The position numbers were made by a program, and so were the translations under genes. A stretch of 64,000 nt of DNA from Callorhinchus milii (Eukaryota). The stretch spans positions 50,718,001 through 50,782,000 of the forward strand of contig NW_024704743.1 of NCBI RefSeq assembly GCF_018977255.1. Reading direction: 5' to 3'. The notes below the pieces were generated by a model. The model worked only from the letters and a program-made list of their open reading frames with translations. It had not been told where the DNA came from and searched no databases. Of the stretch, positions 22,083-36,145 are shown piece after piece (position 1 is the stretch's first letter; each line of letters opens with the position of its first letter).

Positions 22083-23574
22083 TTTCACTGTGACATAAAG
22101 AGGCTGCCCAGGTAAAAGAGTCCTGAAATTGCCCTTTACAATTGTAAATCTATGTCCTCTTGTTTTGCTGTTTTGATTTAACTAAAAGTATTGTTCTAGG
22201 TTTACTTTCTCAATTCTATTTAAAATCTTGTGTACCTCTGCAGGGTCCATTGCCATACAATACTGGAAATTGTCTAATCATTGCTCATAGTTCATTCCTG
22301 TAACACTTGGGGTCATCCTTGCTGCCCTCGTCTGCCTCTAGGGCCTGAGAAGCCTCTGAATGTGTTGTCAACTGGACTTTATGCATAGAAGTACAAATAC
22401 TGTAGTTGTTTTTGCTGTTGTAATGATTGGGATCGGGAAGAAAGTTTCTCTTATCCCAGCTAAGCTTAAGCAATCATTGAAATAAGCTTCATAAAAGTGT
22501 ATGCAGCCTACTCTAGTAGTTACCAATGGACTTGAACACTTATGTATTTTACTGTATAATGACAGAAAACTGTTTAACATTTCAGACTCTATTTTAAAAA
22601 CAAAGTGACTGGGTATCTTTGAAATGCCTAGATAGCCCCACAAACAGAAAGCAGCTGAGATAAAGGGAAGAGCCACTTTCCCATTGATATAAGACGACAC
22701 ACAGGGACAGCTGCCTTCCTAACACCAGTGTGTCCTTTCCCAGACCTGGCTCGACTAAGGAAAGAAGGAAAGAGTGTCAGAAGGTCACGCCCGGTCTGCT
22801 CTCTTGATTTGCTATGCCACCCTCCCCTTGTTTGAAGTTTATAGGCCTTGTCTTAATCACTGCAACCTGTCAGCGTGACTCTGTGCTACACCCTCTGTAG
22901 CTTATAACAGGCTTTGTGTTCTCCAGCAAAGTATCAGTCACGCTCCCCTTTTACTTAACATCTGAAAGTGCAGACAAGCTGAATTGTATTACACTAATAA
23001 CCATTAAATCCCACTCCAAAGCCTATCAGCAATATATCAAACACGATAAAAGTCGTTTTGGTTTTTTTTATGCTGGACTTAAATGCACTTAAACTTGCTT
23101 ATCCTTAATGTGTTTTCTTAAGTCAATTTCTATTATTTCTTAAAACCAATATTAATGCAACTTTTTCCCACAAAAATACATGCTGGGAGAATGTGAAGTT
23201 TTAAAGTAAGTTTCAGAAGATTTCAATTGAAGTGAATATCCAGTAAATTGTGGAGAGCTGTACATATTTATTACATTGTGAGAGATAGGCTACAGTAAGG
23301 GATGATTGCTGAAGACTGGCAATGAGAACAAGGAGGGAAAAGTTCTGCTGGGGTTGGGACTTAAAGTTTTTTCTTTGCATTTAGGAGCAGGCAAACATTG
23401 GATGATTCTTAAATTCATTCTTAAAAGAACCTGAAAGAAAAAGTTTCAGAATTAAGATTGAATTTAAAAATTGTTCAAAATTTGTTTTCTGAAGTACGAA
23501 GAAAAAGTTTAAGTCTATATCCAGGCAAAATGTCTCATCCTAAACTACAGAAAGATTCATTACACACTCTGTGT

Positions 23575-24200
23575 GAATACAATACAATTTACATTTATAT
23601 AACACCTTTCACATTGTGAGGAAGTCTTAAAATGCTTTACACAACTGGTTGGGCACCCAGAAGAAGCTGAACAGGATTCAGGGGAAAGGGAGGTCAGGTG
23701 GGCTTTGAAAGTGGGCAGCAAGGGTACGAGTTGGAAGGACTCTAGGATGGGGCCCCAGAAAATTGGTGCACAATAGCTGGAAGGTTGCCTGCTGATGGTG
23801 GAGTGGATATGGTGGGAAACAGGCCGATGGTCACTGAGAGCTGCGAACGGCCAGGTTGGTAGGGTTACAGGAGGTTGCAGAGGTAGGGTGGGGTGAAGCA
23901 TAGGTTCATGGAGCTTGTTACGGGAGAGGACACAGCTGCAGTGTTCTGAATAATCTGTAGCTTGTGGAGGGAAGAATTTGGAAGACCAACAAGCAGGGAG
24001 TTGCCTGAGGTGTGGAGACACTGATAGGAACCAATCAGGAGAGCCTCGGTCTTGTTGACATTCAACTGTAGAGAGTTAGCTCTCATCCAGGACTTGATGT
24101 CTGACAGAGATTCTGTCAGGACAGCAGTGGTCCTGGAGTTGAGGGTGAAGGCGGAGAGATAGAGTTGGGTGTCATCTGCATACATGTGGAAGTTAACTTC
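23575..24200 (-). mobile_element. L2 fragments (RT YADD region joined to the 3' end)
   Basis: [11 protein letters not shown]...FKAHL; (ATTGT)n tail. Confidence 0.88.
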
Positions 24201-25675
24201 ACGTAAGGATAATTATTAATAGGATGATACACATTCATATCTTTGACAGCTCCAATAATTGATTGACACTAATTGATTTTCCTCTTATTAAAGTTTTTGT
24301 AGGCCGATTGAAACCAGTTACTAAGTAAACGCAGGAACCTTTTCTAAAAGCATCTTTGAGGTCTGGGGCCTCTGAAGACTGTGAATTTCAAGCCCTGCCT
24401 GTGCCAAACTATGCAGAATGTTGTGTTGACTCTGCTTCTCAGAGGCCAGAAACTAATAAAGAAAAGATCAAGAGGATTTAACCATCCTTTGCAAGAGAGA
24501 GCCACTTCACTGATACTGTGATTAGAACAGGTGCACCCAGCTGCATGTGGGCATTGACAGGCTCTGAAAATACAAGCGATACATTCCTGCCAGAGTTATA
24601 AGGGTGCTGTGTCATCACAAGATTTCATAAAGGAGAACAGAAACTTCTGTGTGTATATAAAAAAAAGAATTTTTTTGCATTATACACTAATAGTTTTCAA
24701 ACAACATTCGAGAGAACCCTTTTGCTTTCACAGAAACTGATGTGGCTAGTTTGATGTAGATGGTTTCTTTGTAACTGTTCAGAGGATTGTGAGCTATGAC
24801 AGTAAACTCAATTTCACGAGCTTCCCCTCTTCCACTTGATTATGTTCAGGAATCCGTCATCTCCATCAGCAACTCCTCACAATTCCTGACAACATGGGAT
24901 CCTTAATAGACTGAATCAGTGAATTGATACAGGCTGAAACAGTTTTGTGCTGAATTATTCTTCTTAATCCTTCGCTGAGTGTATTAGAATGTGGCACTGT
25001 GTTCATTTTCACAAGACGGACTGTGCTGTGAATATTTTGTGCTTTAAATGTTTTATTCTCGTTTTATTTGAATTACTCCCCACCTCAAAAAAAACCAACT
25101 GCTTTATGACGCTTGCCATTTTTGTTCTGGAAGGATGAGAGCAGATGGGACAAAGGGCCATCTTCATCCAAACCAATCTTGTGACTTTGTGGAAAAATGA
25201 TGGATGGAAAGCATTTGTTTCTCAGAAAATAAAAATAGAGATTTTGGGATTCTATAAAAAGGAGAAATTGCACAGTTGGCACAATTTTTGTTTTCATTCC
25301 CTGGACATTCCAAAGTGGCGACTCCGAGGGCAATCTCCCCCGGAAGTGTTAGACCCTTAGGGCAGCTGCTGATACATTCCCTCGCTATTTTAGGCACATA
25401 GACATGTGATGGATTCCACAATAGGGCAGTCCTGGGGAAAAAAAGTGGACTTTTGTCAAGTATATAATTAAAATCAGATTACTTCTGCCTCATTGAAATC
25501 TAATGATGAAGAAACAGCTAGATCATTATCATTTTAACACAGTCATAATAACCGATGATTAATGGTTTGGGTTGACTGGTTTTTATGTTTTTACTCCTTT
25601 TTCCAGCTCCGTGCTTATTGTGACTTTGTAATACCTCAGCTTCCTGACTTTCAATGTTATGTGGACAATGAAGTC

Positions 25676-25825
25676 AATAATAATTCTAATCCTTGCATTT
25701 GATATACTGCCCCTTCATATCGGGAGTACATCTCGAAGCAACACATGGGATTTGTTGTGACTATTTTTGCAGAGAAACATGGCAGCTGATTTGCATACAG
25801 CAATGTCCCACAAACAGCCAAGAAG
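25676..25825 (-). mobile_element. DeuSINE 3' fragment
   Basis: Reverse tail and Deu core. Confidence 0.75.
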
Positions 25826-25829
25826 TGAT

Positions 25830-26261
25830 TGAATATTAAGGCTGGCAAACAAAATTTGGTATTCAGAGATGAATGACTGAGGATGAAATCATTTTTCTTT
25901 AGAAGACGATGGGGTAGAAATTCCAACTGAGTCTAGATTTAATAATATTTCAGAGCATACCGAATTTGGCAAAGTGTTGAATTCAGATTAAACTTTGAAG
26001 CCTATTTTCTGTATTTCTTAAAAGAACTTGCAGAAAGCTCTCTTCAAACTCTCTCTTACTATGGCAATAGAGATAAATCTAGATCCAGGTATAATTTTGC
26101 CTACAGATTTGCAAACTAGATTTGTGTTAAACTCGACTTCCGGTTTGTAAATATCAGAGTGCAATATTCATGCTGAATTACAAATCAACAAAACCTGAAC
26201 ATTAAGGTTGGTGAGCACAATTTGGAATTCAGAGATGAGTGACTGAGGATCAAGTCATATT
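25830..26261 (+). repeat. Pair of 66-bp direct repeats flanking a MITE-like insert
   Basis: 25830-25895 versus 26196-26261, about 11 mismatches by hand count. Confidence 0.8.
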
Positions 26262-27069
26262 TGATTCCTGGAATCAATCGTTGATATGCATACTTCTTCA
26301 TGGGGAAAAAAAATCAAGTGTCAACCTATCTGTGACCTTAGAGGCTTGAAGCCTTGTGAATTGGGCTTGTACAATACATCACATCTGTGTATTCTTGGAT
26401 CCCAAATGAAGCCGATTCTTCTATCGAGAGAAAATTGATTCACATTAGTTATGTTTCATGATTAGATCAAAAATAAAATGTACACTTAAACACTCAGCAA
26501 AGAGTGACAAAGGTATGACAATAATCTACATTGGTACTATGTAGATCTGTTAATAGACTTTTTGTACTGTATGTTCTGTGAGGAAAGATTAAAATGATCC
26601 TGGAAAATAATAGTAGAGGTTCTTATATCAACCTCTAACACACCTTCTACAATTCTAAACTGAGCTGTATTGACCTCTTCAATTCAGAAACCCCCCTAAT
26701 TTCTCTTTCAATTCCCTATGATTTCCTGGCCTAGCTGTTGAACCACAGATTTATACAAAGTTACAGCACGGAAACAGGCCTTATGGCCCATCAAGCCTGT
26801 GCTGATATTTTTCTCCACACAAGCCACCTAAACTAATCTAGTCCCACTCTCCATTTCCTCTAATATTCCTCTTTTGAAAGCAATCTTCTTTATCATATTT
26901 TATATTTTAACTTTTTCTGTTTTTTCCTGCATTTTTTCTAATCTTGGGCATTGTGTCTACTATACAACTTGGATTTGCATGATAAAGGCCTGTATCAAAT
27001 GGACTGGACATCCTAGCCATAACCTTAGCCTGATTTTAAGATGACAGCGAACCTCACTTCCTTATTTTC

Positions 27070-27485
27070 TGACAAGAGAAGCTGGGAATTAGCTCTGTAG
27101 AGTAGAGAAGGTTAAGGGGAGATTTAATAGAGGTGTTCAAAATTATGAGGGGTTTTGATGAAGTAGATAGTTCTACTGGCTGGTGGGTCAGTAACAGGGC
27201 ACACAGATTTAAGGTAATTGGCAAAAAAAACAGAGGGGAAATGAGGAGAATTGTTTTTTACACAGAGTTGTTATGGTCTGGAATGCATTGCCTGAAAGGC
27301 TGGTGGAAACAGATTCAATAACAATTTTCAAAAGAGAATTAGATAGGTGCTTGAAGAGGAAACATTTGCAGGGGCATGGGGAAAGAGCGGAGGAGTGGGA
27401 CTGATTGGGTAGCTCTTCCAAAGAGCCGGCACAGGCACAATGGTCTGAAATGACCTCCTTCTGTGCTGTAATATTCTATGATTTC
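27070..27485 (+). mobile_element. CR1 3' end
   Basis: RLRGDLIEVFKIMRGFD; ATTCTATGATT tail. Confidence 0.9.
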
Positions 27486-28061
27486 ATTTCATGCCAAGCA
27501 CATTAGAAACTGGGCAATGATTGGACATCTGGATTTAGCTGGAGCTAAGCTTAAATGTGGCAGATGAAAATATGCAGTAAGAATGGCCTATTGTTAACTA
27601 ATTTCCTTAACATTAGAAAACTGTCAAAGGTGCCTTTACATAAAATGATCCAGAAATAGACCCGCTGTATCAATAATGTTATGATGCCTGAAAACATCTT
27701 TTTTGAGTGGCTCTAACACAGAGTTGTTTTATTGTATCCCATCTATTTTATGAGACACATGGTATTTTGTATTGGGGTTTAAAATGTTTGCTAACCGGAA
27801 ATTTGGATCATGGCTGGCCTTCGCTTGGGAGCTACTTTTTGGCTGAGAAAAGATATGTTAAACGTTAACAAAATGCCATAAAGCAAACTGCAAAATGGCT
27901 TGTTTGGGGAATTGTCCCCCCAATATTCTTTTTATTTTTTTCAAGTTGCATAGCAGGTCCCACAACATCAGTTGCAAAACCAAGGTCTCTACTGGCCTCA
28001 ATGTTTGGTTTGTGAGTGATGCATTTTTTAACAATACATAATAATCCTTACATTTCATATA

Positions 28062-28302
28062 TATCGGTTGTTAGTCGATTGGTGGCTTTTCTGGGAATAA
28101 TAATCGCTTCAAAAAATAAAAATAAATAATTACAATTTGGCAACTCAATTCACGACTGTTTGTGGTACACTGTTGTGCACAACTGGCTGCTGCATTTTGC
28201 CCACAAAATATACAGTCAATTCATTTTACAGTGTATTCTGTGAAGTGCTTTGTGATGTCTCAAAGACGTGATAAGGCGCTATATCAAATGCATTATTATT
28301 AT
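28062..28302 (+). mobile_element. tRNA-derived SINE, long form, 5'-truncated
   Basis: End of long-form insert (CGGTTGTTAGTCGATTGGTGG), Deu core and tail. Confidence 0.85.
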
Positions 28303-29414
28303 TAGTGTCTCTGGGAACATTTCAAAGTGCTTCATGGGATATACTGTAAAATGGAGGGACTGTGTGTACTGTGGGCAAAATCCTCCTTGTAATAAAAAGA
28401 CAGCTTTAGAGAGTTCCTTTACATTCAGATACTGCTCTCATCTGCAAGTTGCTTACTCCATCTTTGTTTATTCCTCTTCCCTTCCCCAGGAAGATGAAAG
28501 CTGTAATAAAAATGTTTATTTAGCAACAAAATCCTTCTGCTTGTATGTGGCAAGTGGGTTGATCTATAACAGTGACTGCTGTTGAGCAGATTCAATGGTA
28601 AAATATTGCTGCTGCACTTTATTGTTTAAGCAGCTGGCCGTGTCTAATAAATGTAAGGGTCAGAGGCTGAGCGAGTTTTTGGGACAGGTATTTTCACATG
28701 AAGGTGTGTGCACCCTATTATTACAGCACTTTTGTTTTGGCGTTCCAGCTGAAGTGTCACACAAAGTACTAAATGATTATAGAGGGTGCGTAAACTGTTG
28801 TAAAGATGGGGAGAGAGCCTGGGGGAGAGTTGACCCAAACCTTATGTAGCATAAGAAACTGATACAGTGGAGAGGAGTTGCAGAATGGACTTTCCCTGGT
28901 GGAGGTAGAGATCGTTTTACAACTAGGTATCATTTTACTTGATGGTATCTTTGGTACTTGCCAGTTCTGTGGGCAAATCCCTAGCTTTAGACACATGAAA
29001 TTATAAAGCAGTTTTCTTTTGTCCATTAATCTCTGACAGGATTTGCTCTAGACTAACAATGTCCACTTGCTGGTCGGCTTCTGTTGAATCTATTTTATCT
29101 ATGTTCCTGTACATTGCAGATGGATCCCAAGAATGCTGCCTGGGGCAACTCTTTGCCACTGGTAGGACTCCATCCAGCTATGGTTTTCTATAACTGATAA
29201 TGAAGACATCTCTTTCTTGCTATGCAACTGGCCCATGGACCTGACACACACCAGCACCACTATCTGATCTGTGAATGGGGGCATTGCCCAGAACTCTCAC
29301 TGGAGTAGTTAAGGAGGGGTTCAGAAGAACATTTTTCACACTTAATTATTAGAATATTGAACATTTTGTCGCAGGTGGCTATTGAGTCTGAGACCAAAAC
29401 AACATTTAAAATGG

Positions 29415-29595
29415 AAATTATAATAAATAATAATAATAATCCTTGCATGTGTTATTGCCTCTTTCGGATTGGGAGGGCACACACAAGCACTTCTCAGGAT
29501 TTACTGCGAAGTGGAGTGGTTGTGTATTTGACGACAAATGCAAATGTGGCAGCCCAATTGCACAAAACAATGTCCACTATACAGCCATGGGTAAT
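29415..29595 (-). mobile_element. DeuSINE 3' fragment
   Basis: (AAT)n CCTTGCAT and reverse Deu core. Confidence 0.7.
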
Positions 29596-30589
29596 TTGCT
29601 GAAAATTTGAAGAGAAAAAATATAAAATTTTATGAAAAAAGAGCAGGGAAATAGAACTGGAGTAGTTAATCAAATGACTTACTTCTATGTTGCAATTTAT
29701 TTAATTCTGTGATTCTCTGCAGAGTACAATCTAGTGCTGCAGTTAATGGGATTATCCCGTTAGAATTCCTGTTGACATGTGGAAAATCTGAATTTCAGGC
29801 ATCTGACTGTGAGGAGTAGAGTTCCTGTGGATCATCTTGATGTAACTTATAGTTCCCAGAATGCTTTGTATTAATGTGACTTAGACTCCTTAAATTATTG
29901 AATCCTGACAAGAATACTGCGAACTAGATCCCAATGTATATTTGCCAAAAGCTAAATCAGACACTTATTTATCATATGTTCAATGCACTGCTTACTCAAT
30001 ACCAGTAAATTTTGCCTCTTCTGTGCACCTGCAGTGCAGGCTCTTGGTGGCTGTTCAGTGAAGCGTGCCCATAGTCAGTTGGGCACTCAATAAGGGGTCA
30101 TTCATCCACGCCAGTGGACCTCACAGTATACACTAATCCAGTTATTCCACATACCACAGTGAATCCAATAAAACTTTGTATTGCCTTATTTAAACATCTG
30201 TATTTGTTTCTGAATGGCTTTTTTTTGGAAAAAACTGTTGTCACTTTAACTAACTAAATAAATGGAGAACTTCATTTCAGAGTTTTACTGCTCTATAATC
30301 TTTCACACTTACAACTTGATTTTTGTCATTGTATTAACATCGACTTGCATTTATATATCATCCTCAATGCGGGATAGCTTCTCAGATTAACTGTTTGTAA
30401 TATAAGCAACAAACTAAAGTGCAAAATAAACATTCATGTAACTAATGGCAAGAGTATCATACTAAATTGTCTAAGTATTTTGACAACTGTTATCACTCTG
30501 TTTCAAGGCATTAATTCATTAATCATTCAGTCAATGCCTTAGAAAGTCTGTCTGTGTCAGGTATAATCTAACGACCTCAAGCAATAAAC

Positions 30590-30800
30590 TGTTTGAAAAG
30601 GGAAAAGTGTTACGCCTGGTGTCCTCGCTGACAACCTTCCAGATATATGGGTCAGCTTCTTTGTTTGTGGGACCTAGCTGTGCACAAATTGAATGTTATT
30701 TGTTTACAAATATACAGTTACTACACTTGGCAGTTGTCAACTGTGAAGTATTTTATGATGTTTCACTCTTGTAGATGCTATATCAAATGAAAGGATTATT
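30590..30800 (+). mobile_element. Old SacSINE1-like 3' half
   Basis: Deu core TGTTTGTGGGACCTAGCTGTGCACAAATTG and tail. Confidence 0.7.
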
Positions 30801-31091
30801 TATACTCTATAAATAAGTACACTATGCAGTATCCTGTAATTTGAAGAATATTTTATCAGGAGCGTAAAACCAACCAGAAAATGAACATTGACAATAAAAG
30901 AAGTCAATCGTAATGGGGGGATCTAGTTTGCAATATTTACAAAACTATTCATTGTGATTTCTGCTGAAAAATGCAAACACACCATTTCTCACGACCCCCA
31001 TTTTCACTCTCTGGCCTTGTTTTTGCACTTTTAATGTTTTGGAAATTCCTATTCCTATTCTGACCTTTTGTCCACAACTAAATACAGTCAA

Positions 31092-31311
31092 AACGCAAAA
31101 TACAACAAATGCTGGAAATCTGAAACAAAAACAGAAGTCGCTGGGAACACTCAGCAGGTCAGGCAGCATCTATGGAGAAAGGAAAGTGAGTCAACGTTTA
31201 GGGTCCACGACACTTTGTCAGAAGTTCATCGACCTGAAACATTAACTCACTTTTCTCTCTCCATAGATGCTGCCTAACCTGTTGAGTGTTCCCAGCGACT
31301 TCTGTTTTTGT
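31092..31311. mobile_element. Penelope-type inverted terminal repeat pair inserted in a SINE tail
   Basis: About 81-bp inverted arms (31125-31205 and 31231-31311) containing CATAGATGCTGCC.ACCTG.TGAGT; 15-bp flanking duplication (13/15 identical). Confidence 0.75.
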
Positions 31312-31524
31312 ACTGAATATAGTCAATTCACTTTTCAGTATATTCTGTGAAGCGTTTTGAGATGTTTCATGATGTGATTAGGTGCTATATCAAATGCAAG
31401 GATTATTATATTATTTATTATATGACCTCTTAGCATTTTCCCACCCCTCTTAGTAATATCGAAAATTAGACTCCACTCTTTATGAATCTAATGCTGAAGG
31501 GATAGCATCATTTTATATTACAAC

Positions 31525-31837
31525 AATAATAATAATCCTTGCATTTGATATAGCGCTTTTCACATCTTCTAGATGTCTCAAAGCGCTTCCCAGAATTGTA
31601 AAGTGAATTGACAGTATATTTGTGGGTGAAACGCAGCAGTCAATTGCGCACAGCAGTGTCCCACAAACAGTCATGGATTGAGTGACCAAATTATTATTCT
31701 TTTGTTTATTTTCTTGAGGGATTATTATAGGCGTGTGGAGTAAGGAAACTTCCCTAAGGTTTTGCCCTGCCGGGAATCGAACCCAGATCTCTTCCTTGTG
31801 AGACAAGCGCTGTAACCACTGAGCTACAGGACTCCAC
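31525..31837 (-). mobile_element. tRNA-derived SINE, short form, full length
   Basis: Reverse complement of the 40429-type copy. Confidence 0.92.
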
Positions 31838-32237
31838 ATATTTTTGCATGGTGAAAATGTATTTTGCAACAACATTTTTCTACAAAAGGTATTTTTCTCT
31901 TGAGTGTAATTGAATTTTTTTTGTTAGTTTGCAAGGCGTTTTGGATTTATACAAAATTAAAGCAAATAAAAATAAATGATTTATCTGTTCCCAAAGAGGT
32001 CTAAAGTTTATTTGTCTTTTAAGTGCACCTTATATAAACTGCATGGCAATAATTTATCGTTTTTTTTAAAAAGAAGAACTGGCTTGATTTTTATTTCAAG
32101 TACCTTTTAAAATGTATCCACTACACTGATCTAATGGTTGGGGTCTACATTACACAGAAACGTAACTAATTTCTTAATCAATAAGATGCAACATTCATGG
32201 CATGTGCTTACAGAGACATTTTAAAACATAAGAAACA

Positions 32238-32350
32238 TTCCCTGGTCGCTCAGTAGGTAAATGTAGTAGTTCATGTGGTGCTGAACTGTGCAGACCAGGA
32301 GGTCCCAAATTCAATCCCTGATACAAGCTCATTTGACGAATCTCTGCTTA
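32238..32350 (+). mobile_element. AmnSINE2-like head
   Basis: GCTCAGTAGGTAAATG...GTGGTGCTGAACTGTGCAGACCAGGAGGTCCCAAATTCAATCCCTG. Confidence 0.6.
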
Positions 32351-32589
32351 CTGTACTGTATTGAAAACAAAATGCCATTCAATACAGAGATTCTCTGCGG
32401 GAGGGAAACTACATTCTGAGCATTAACACAGTATCCAGACCATTCCACAGAGATCATAGGGAAACTCGCCTGGGGATAATGGGTCTATCTGAGACATAGC
32501 ACAATTCCATTTTTCGGTCTTTCCTTTTGTCTCTCAATCTCCTTTCTGATTTTGTGAGTGAGAAGTGCGGAGGGAAAGGTGGGTTTGTT

Positions 32590-34227
32590 CATTGGGTCAT
32601 TCACACTAGACACCCTTGCCCCCCTCACATCCCGAACTGCCTCCTATTCCCGATCCTTACCCTGGTTCACTGGCCTCCTCCGCTCACTCAAGGGCCAGGT
32701 GCGGGCTGCCGAACGGGCTCAAATCCGGCCTAACAGTCCACCGGCACATCTGGCTGGACCACATCAAAACCTACCGCTCCGCTCTCGCCTCAGCCAAATC
32801 GCCCTTCTACTCCAGATTAATCCTGGGGGCGAAGGGCAATCCCAGGCTCCTGTTCTCCACCACCAACTGGCTCCTCCGCCCTCCCCGCCATGCCTCACAG
32901 ATTCTTTCCTCTGACTTCCACTGCGAGAAATGCTGGACTTCCTCGAGTCCAAAATCGAGGGAATCCGCTCAGCTGCCACTGCCCTCCCAACTTCCACCCC
33001 CTCCCTAAACCTACCCATACTCCGACCACTACCCATCCCTCCTTCCACATCTTTGAATCTGTTACCCCCTCCTCTATCATCACTGCCATATCCTGCCATG
33101 AAGCCCACCACCCTATCCACACCCCTCTCCTTAAATCCCAGCTCCACCTCCTTGACCCATTACTCGCTGACATCATCAACCTCTGTCTGTCATCTGGTAC
33201 TGTTCCTACCGCTAAAAACAGCCACTATCACCCCCACCTTGAAGAAACCTTCCCTTGACCCATCATAGCTATCCAGCTACCGGCCCATCTCCAACCTCCC
33301 TTTTCTGTCCAAGATCCTTGAGAGAGCCGTTGCCTCCCAGCTTCGCTCTTTCCTATCCTCCCAATCCCTCCATGAACCCCTCCAATCAAGTTTCCGGGCT
33401 GCCCACAGCACGGAAACTGCTCTGGTCAAGGTTACAAATGACATCCTGACCATGTGTGACCAGGTCTCCCTCTGCCCCCTCGTCCTCCTTGACCTCTCCG
33501 CCGCTTTTGACACTGTGGATCACTCAATCCTCCTCCATGGCCTCTCCTCTCACATCAACCTCCAAGGTTCTGTCCTTGACTGGTTCAGGTCCTATCTTTC
33601 ACACTGCCTCCACTTCGGCTCAGCAAACGGATTCTCCTCCAGCCCCCGCACTATCTCGTGCTGTGTGCCTCAGGGCTCTGTCCTCGGTCCCCTCCTCTTC
33701 AACCTCTACATGCTCCCCCTTGGTGACATCATTCACAGACATGGGGTAAATTTCCAAGTGCGTGTGGATGACACCCAACTCTACCTCTCTGCCTCCGCCC
33801 TCAACTCCAGAACTACTGCCGTCCTAACCAACTGCCTGTCCGACATCAAGTCCTGGACGAGGGACAACTTTCTCCAACTGAACGTCAGCAAGACCGAGGC
33901 CCTCCTGATTTGCTCACGCCAGCGCCTCCGCATCTCAGGCGCTGGCAGCATCAGCCTCCAAGGCTGCACACTCAACCTCACTAAGCAGGTCAGGAACCTG
34001 GGTGTCTTGTGTCACCCTGAATTGTCCTCTTTCCCCCACATCCGCACCATGACCGGCACTGCCTACCACCACCTCTGCAGCATTGCCAGACTCCGCCACT
34101 CCCTCACCCCTCAGGCTGCCGAAACCCTCACCCATGCATTCATCACCTCAAGGCTCGATTACGGGAACTCCCTCCTCATTGGCCTTCCCAACTCTTCCCT
34201 TCACAAGCTGCAGATCATCCAAAACTG
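32590..34227 (+). mobile_element. L2 ORF2 fragment, linker through RT domain (frameshifted)
   Basis: YRPISNLPFLSK, HSTETAL, LLDLSAAFDTVDH, PQGSVLGPLLF, degenerate YADD (RVDD), SRLDYGN. Confidence 0.95.
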
Positions 34228-35869
34228 GTCCATTGAATACTGTTGATTCTTGTATTCTGGATTAATGTAAAAGAAAAATTGAAAGATATGAGTTGGAGGA
34301 GAATTTCAGTCACAGGATTCTGGCTATTTTCTAAATTGCATTATGCTGTATTATATTATACATTATGCCATTGGTGCATTGGACTTTATGATCTTAATAT
34401 TGTAAACCATAATGCCAATGATAATACGTTTGCCCCTTTTTGAATTTATGAAACATATTTCTTTGTAGTTCCTTCCCGAAGTTTACATCAATGTGGCTTT
34501 ACACAGTGAATTGAAAGAAGGTACAATTCGGTCATATATTGGGTCTCAGCCTGCAGTGCCCTCCTATCGAATGGATTCCCTCATTATCATGTTGGGCCCA
34601 TCCGGCAACCTGGCTGAAAACTAATTAAACTCACCCAACTGAAGCGAGTGAGTTTGAGTGACAGAAATCCCCAGGGCTTGAACTCAGGAATTGAGTTTCT
34701 AATCATTCCAGCTACTTAGCTGCTTCTGTTAGTGTTTCTGTAATTACCAGGGCTTGATCCTGATTGCTTCTTTTTTGTCAACCTCTTTGCTGTAGGCCCA
34801 CTTCCAAGTGATTTTAAATCCTCTGAGATCCCCAGCAGGTTGATGTTTAACACAGAGACCTCACATTAGATACATAGGACATCATTGGAACCAGGATACT
34901 GCTGCTTCAGATCTTATCAAATGCACAGAATGTTTACAGAAAACAATGGAAACATAACTTTGGTTAAAACGTAAAATAACACATGGATCAATTGACACTT
35001 TTGTAGATAATGATATTTAATGAACTTGGAATTTAGTTCAATGAAGATTATTGCAAAAAATAACTTTTACATTAATTATTTTTCAGAATAATGGGAAGAA
35101 AATTAAGTTGCCAAATGTACATTTGTACTATGGGAACAGAACAATTCTGAGCTTGAGAGTCCAGTATAGGGAGCAGAAGGTTAATCCTTATGATAACAAA
35201 CTGATTCACTTCATTCTTACATGACTTCTTGTGGCACTGTGTACCTGTGTAATCCTGTCTGTCCAGCTATCCCCAGGGACCTGTCTCTAGTGAAGTTGCT
35301 TGAACCAACTTCACTTTTTTCTGTTGTTAACCTTTCCCTTGTGGTTTTGCAAGACATTAAGGATCTTAGGTAAACAAGCTGCTTTCCCAGATCAATCACA
35401 CTGTTGAGGGAATTTCTTACCATTAATACAGGGCATTGTTGCTGGTCAAAGCTCCAACAGTTCAAATCTTCATCGTGCATTGCTTGGAATATTGCTATAC
35501 TCCGTGTGGGACTTCAAGAACACTAAATAAAAGACTTTGAACAATACAGTTTTTATACACAAAATAATATATTCAGAGCAATACAAATCCATTTTTTAAA
35601 ATTGTGTGAATTTTTTCGTCTTAGTTGTAAGGTTTGCTTTGCTGTTTAATATGAACACATATTTTCCTTATAATTGCCTACCAATCTAATATGTAGATAT
35701 TTATTTTCAGAACGTTTTTACAAGGTATGACATTGGCAAAGAATGGGTAAGATAAGGCTTCATGGAATAGGAGGAAAAGTATGATAATGAATGGACAATT
35801 GGCTTTAAAAATAACATCTGTTAGTGTATGGTTTGTTGTTGCAAAGAGTTTGCAATTGAGGACATTTTA

Positions 35870-36145
35870 TTTTCCCCACCCTCCCCTCCTCAACATCAGC
35901 AGGCAGGCTTACAGCCTTTCTGCACCCATTCTCTGGAACTCCTTCCCAGAATCCCTCCAACTCACTCCATCCTGCACCCTCATTAAGGTCAAGATCGTCC
36001 TCTTTGACTGCACCTTCGGTAATCTTTCCCATTCCCTCATCTCCCATCCCCAGCTCAGGACCCAACGTGATTAGCAGTACTGTTAACCGCTTTGGGATAT
36101 CTTCCCATCATGAAGCGCTGAATAAATGTAAATTTGTATTGTACC
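35870..36145 (+). mobile_element. Old L2 3' end
   Basis: AYSLSAPILWNSFPESL and tail; a further L2 tail lies at 36350-36420. Confidence 0.75.

Noticed and set aside
29120..29161. Possible 42-nt exon (TTGCAG|ATGGAT...CACTG|GTAGGA)
   Set aside because: Splice-like flanks occur by chance, and no recognisable peptide or partner exons were found.
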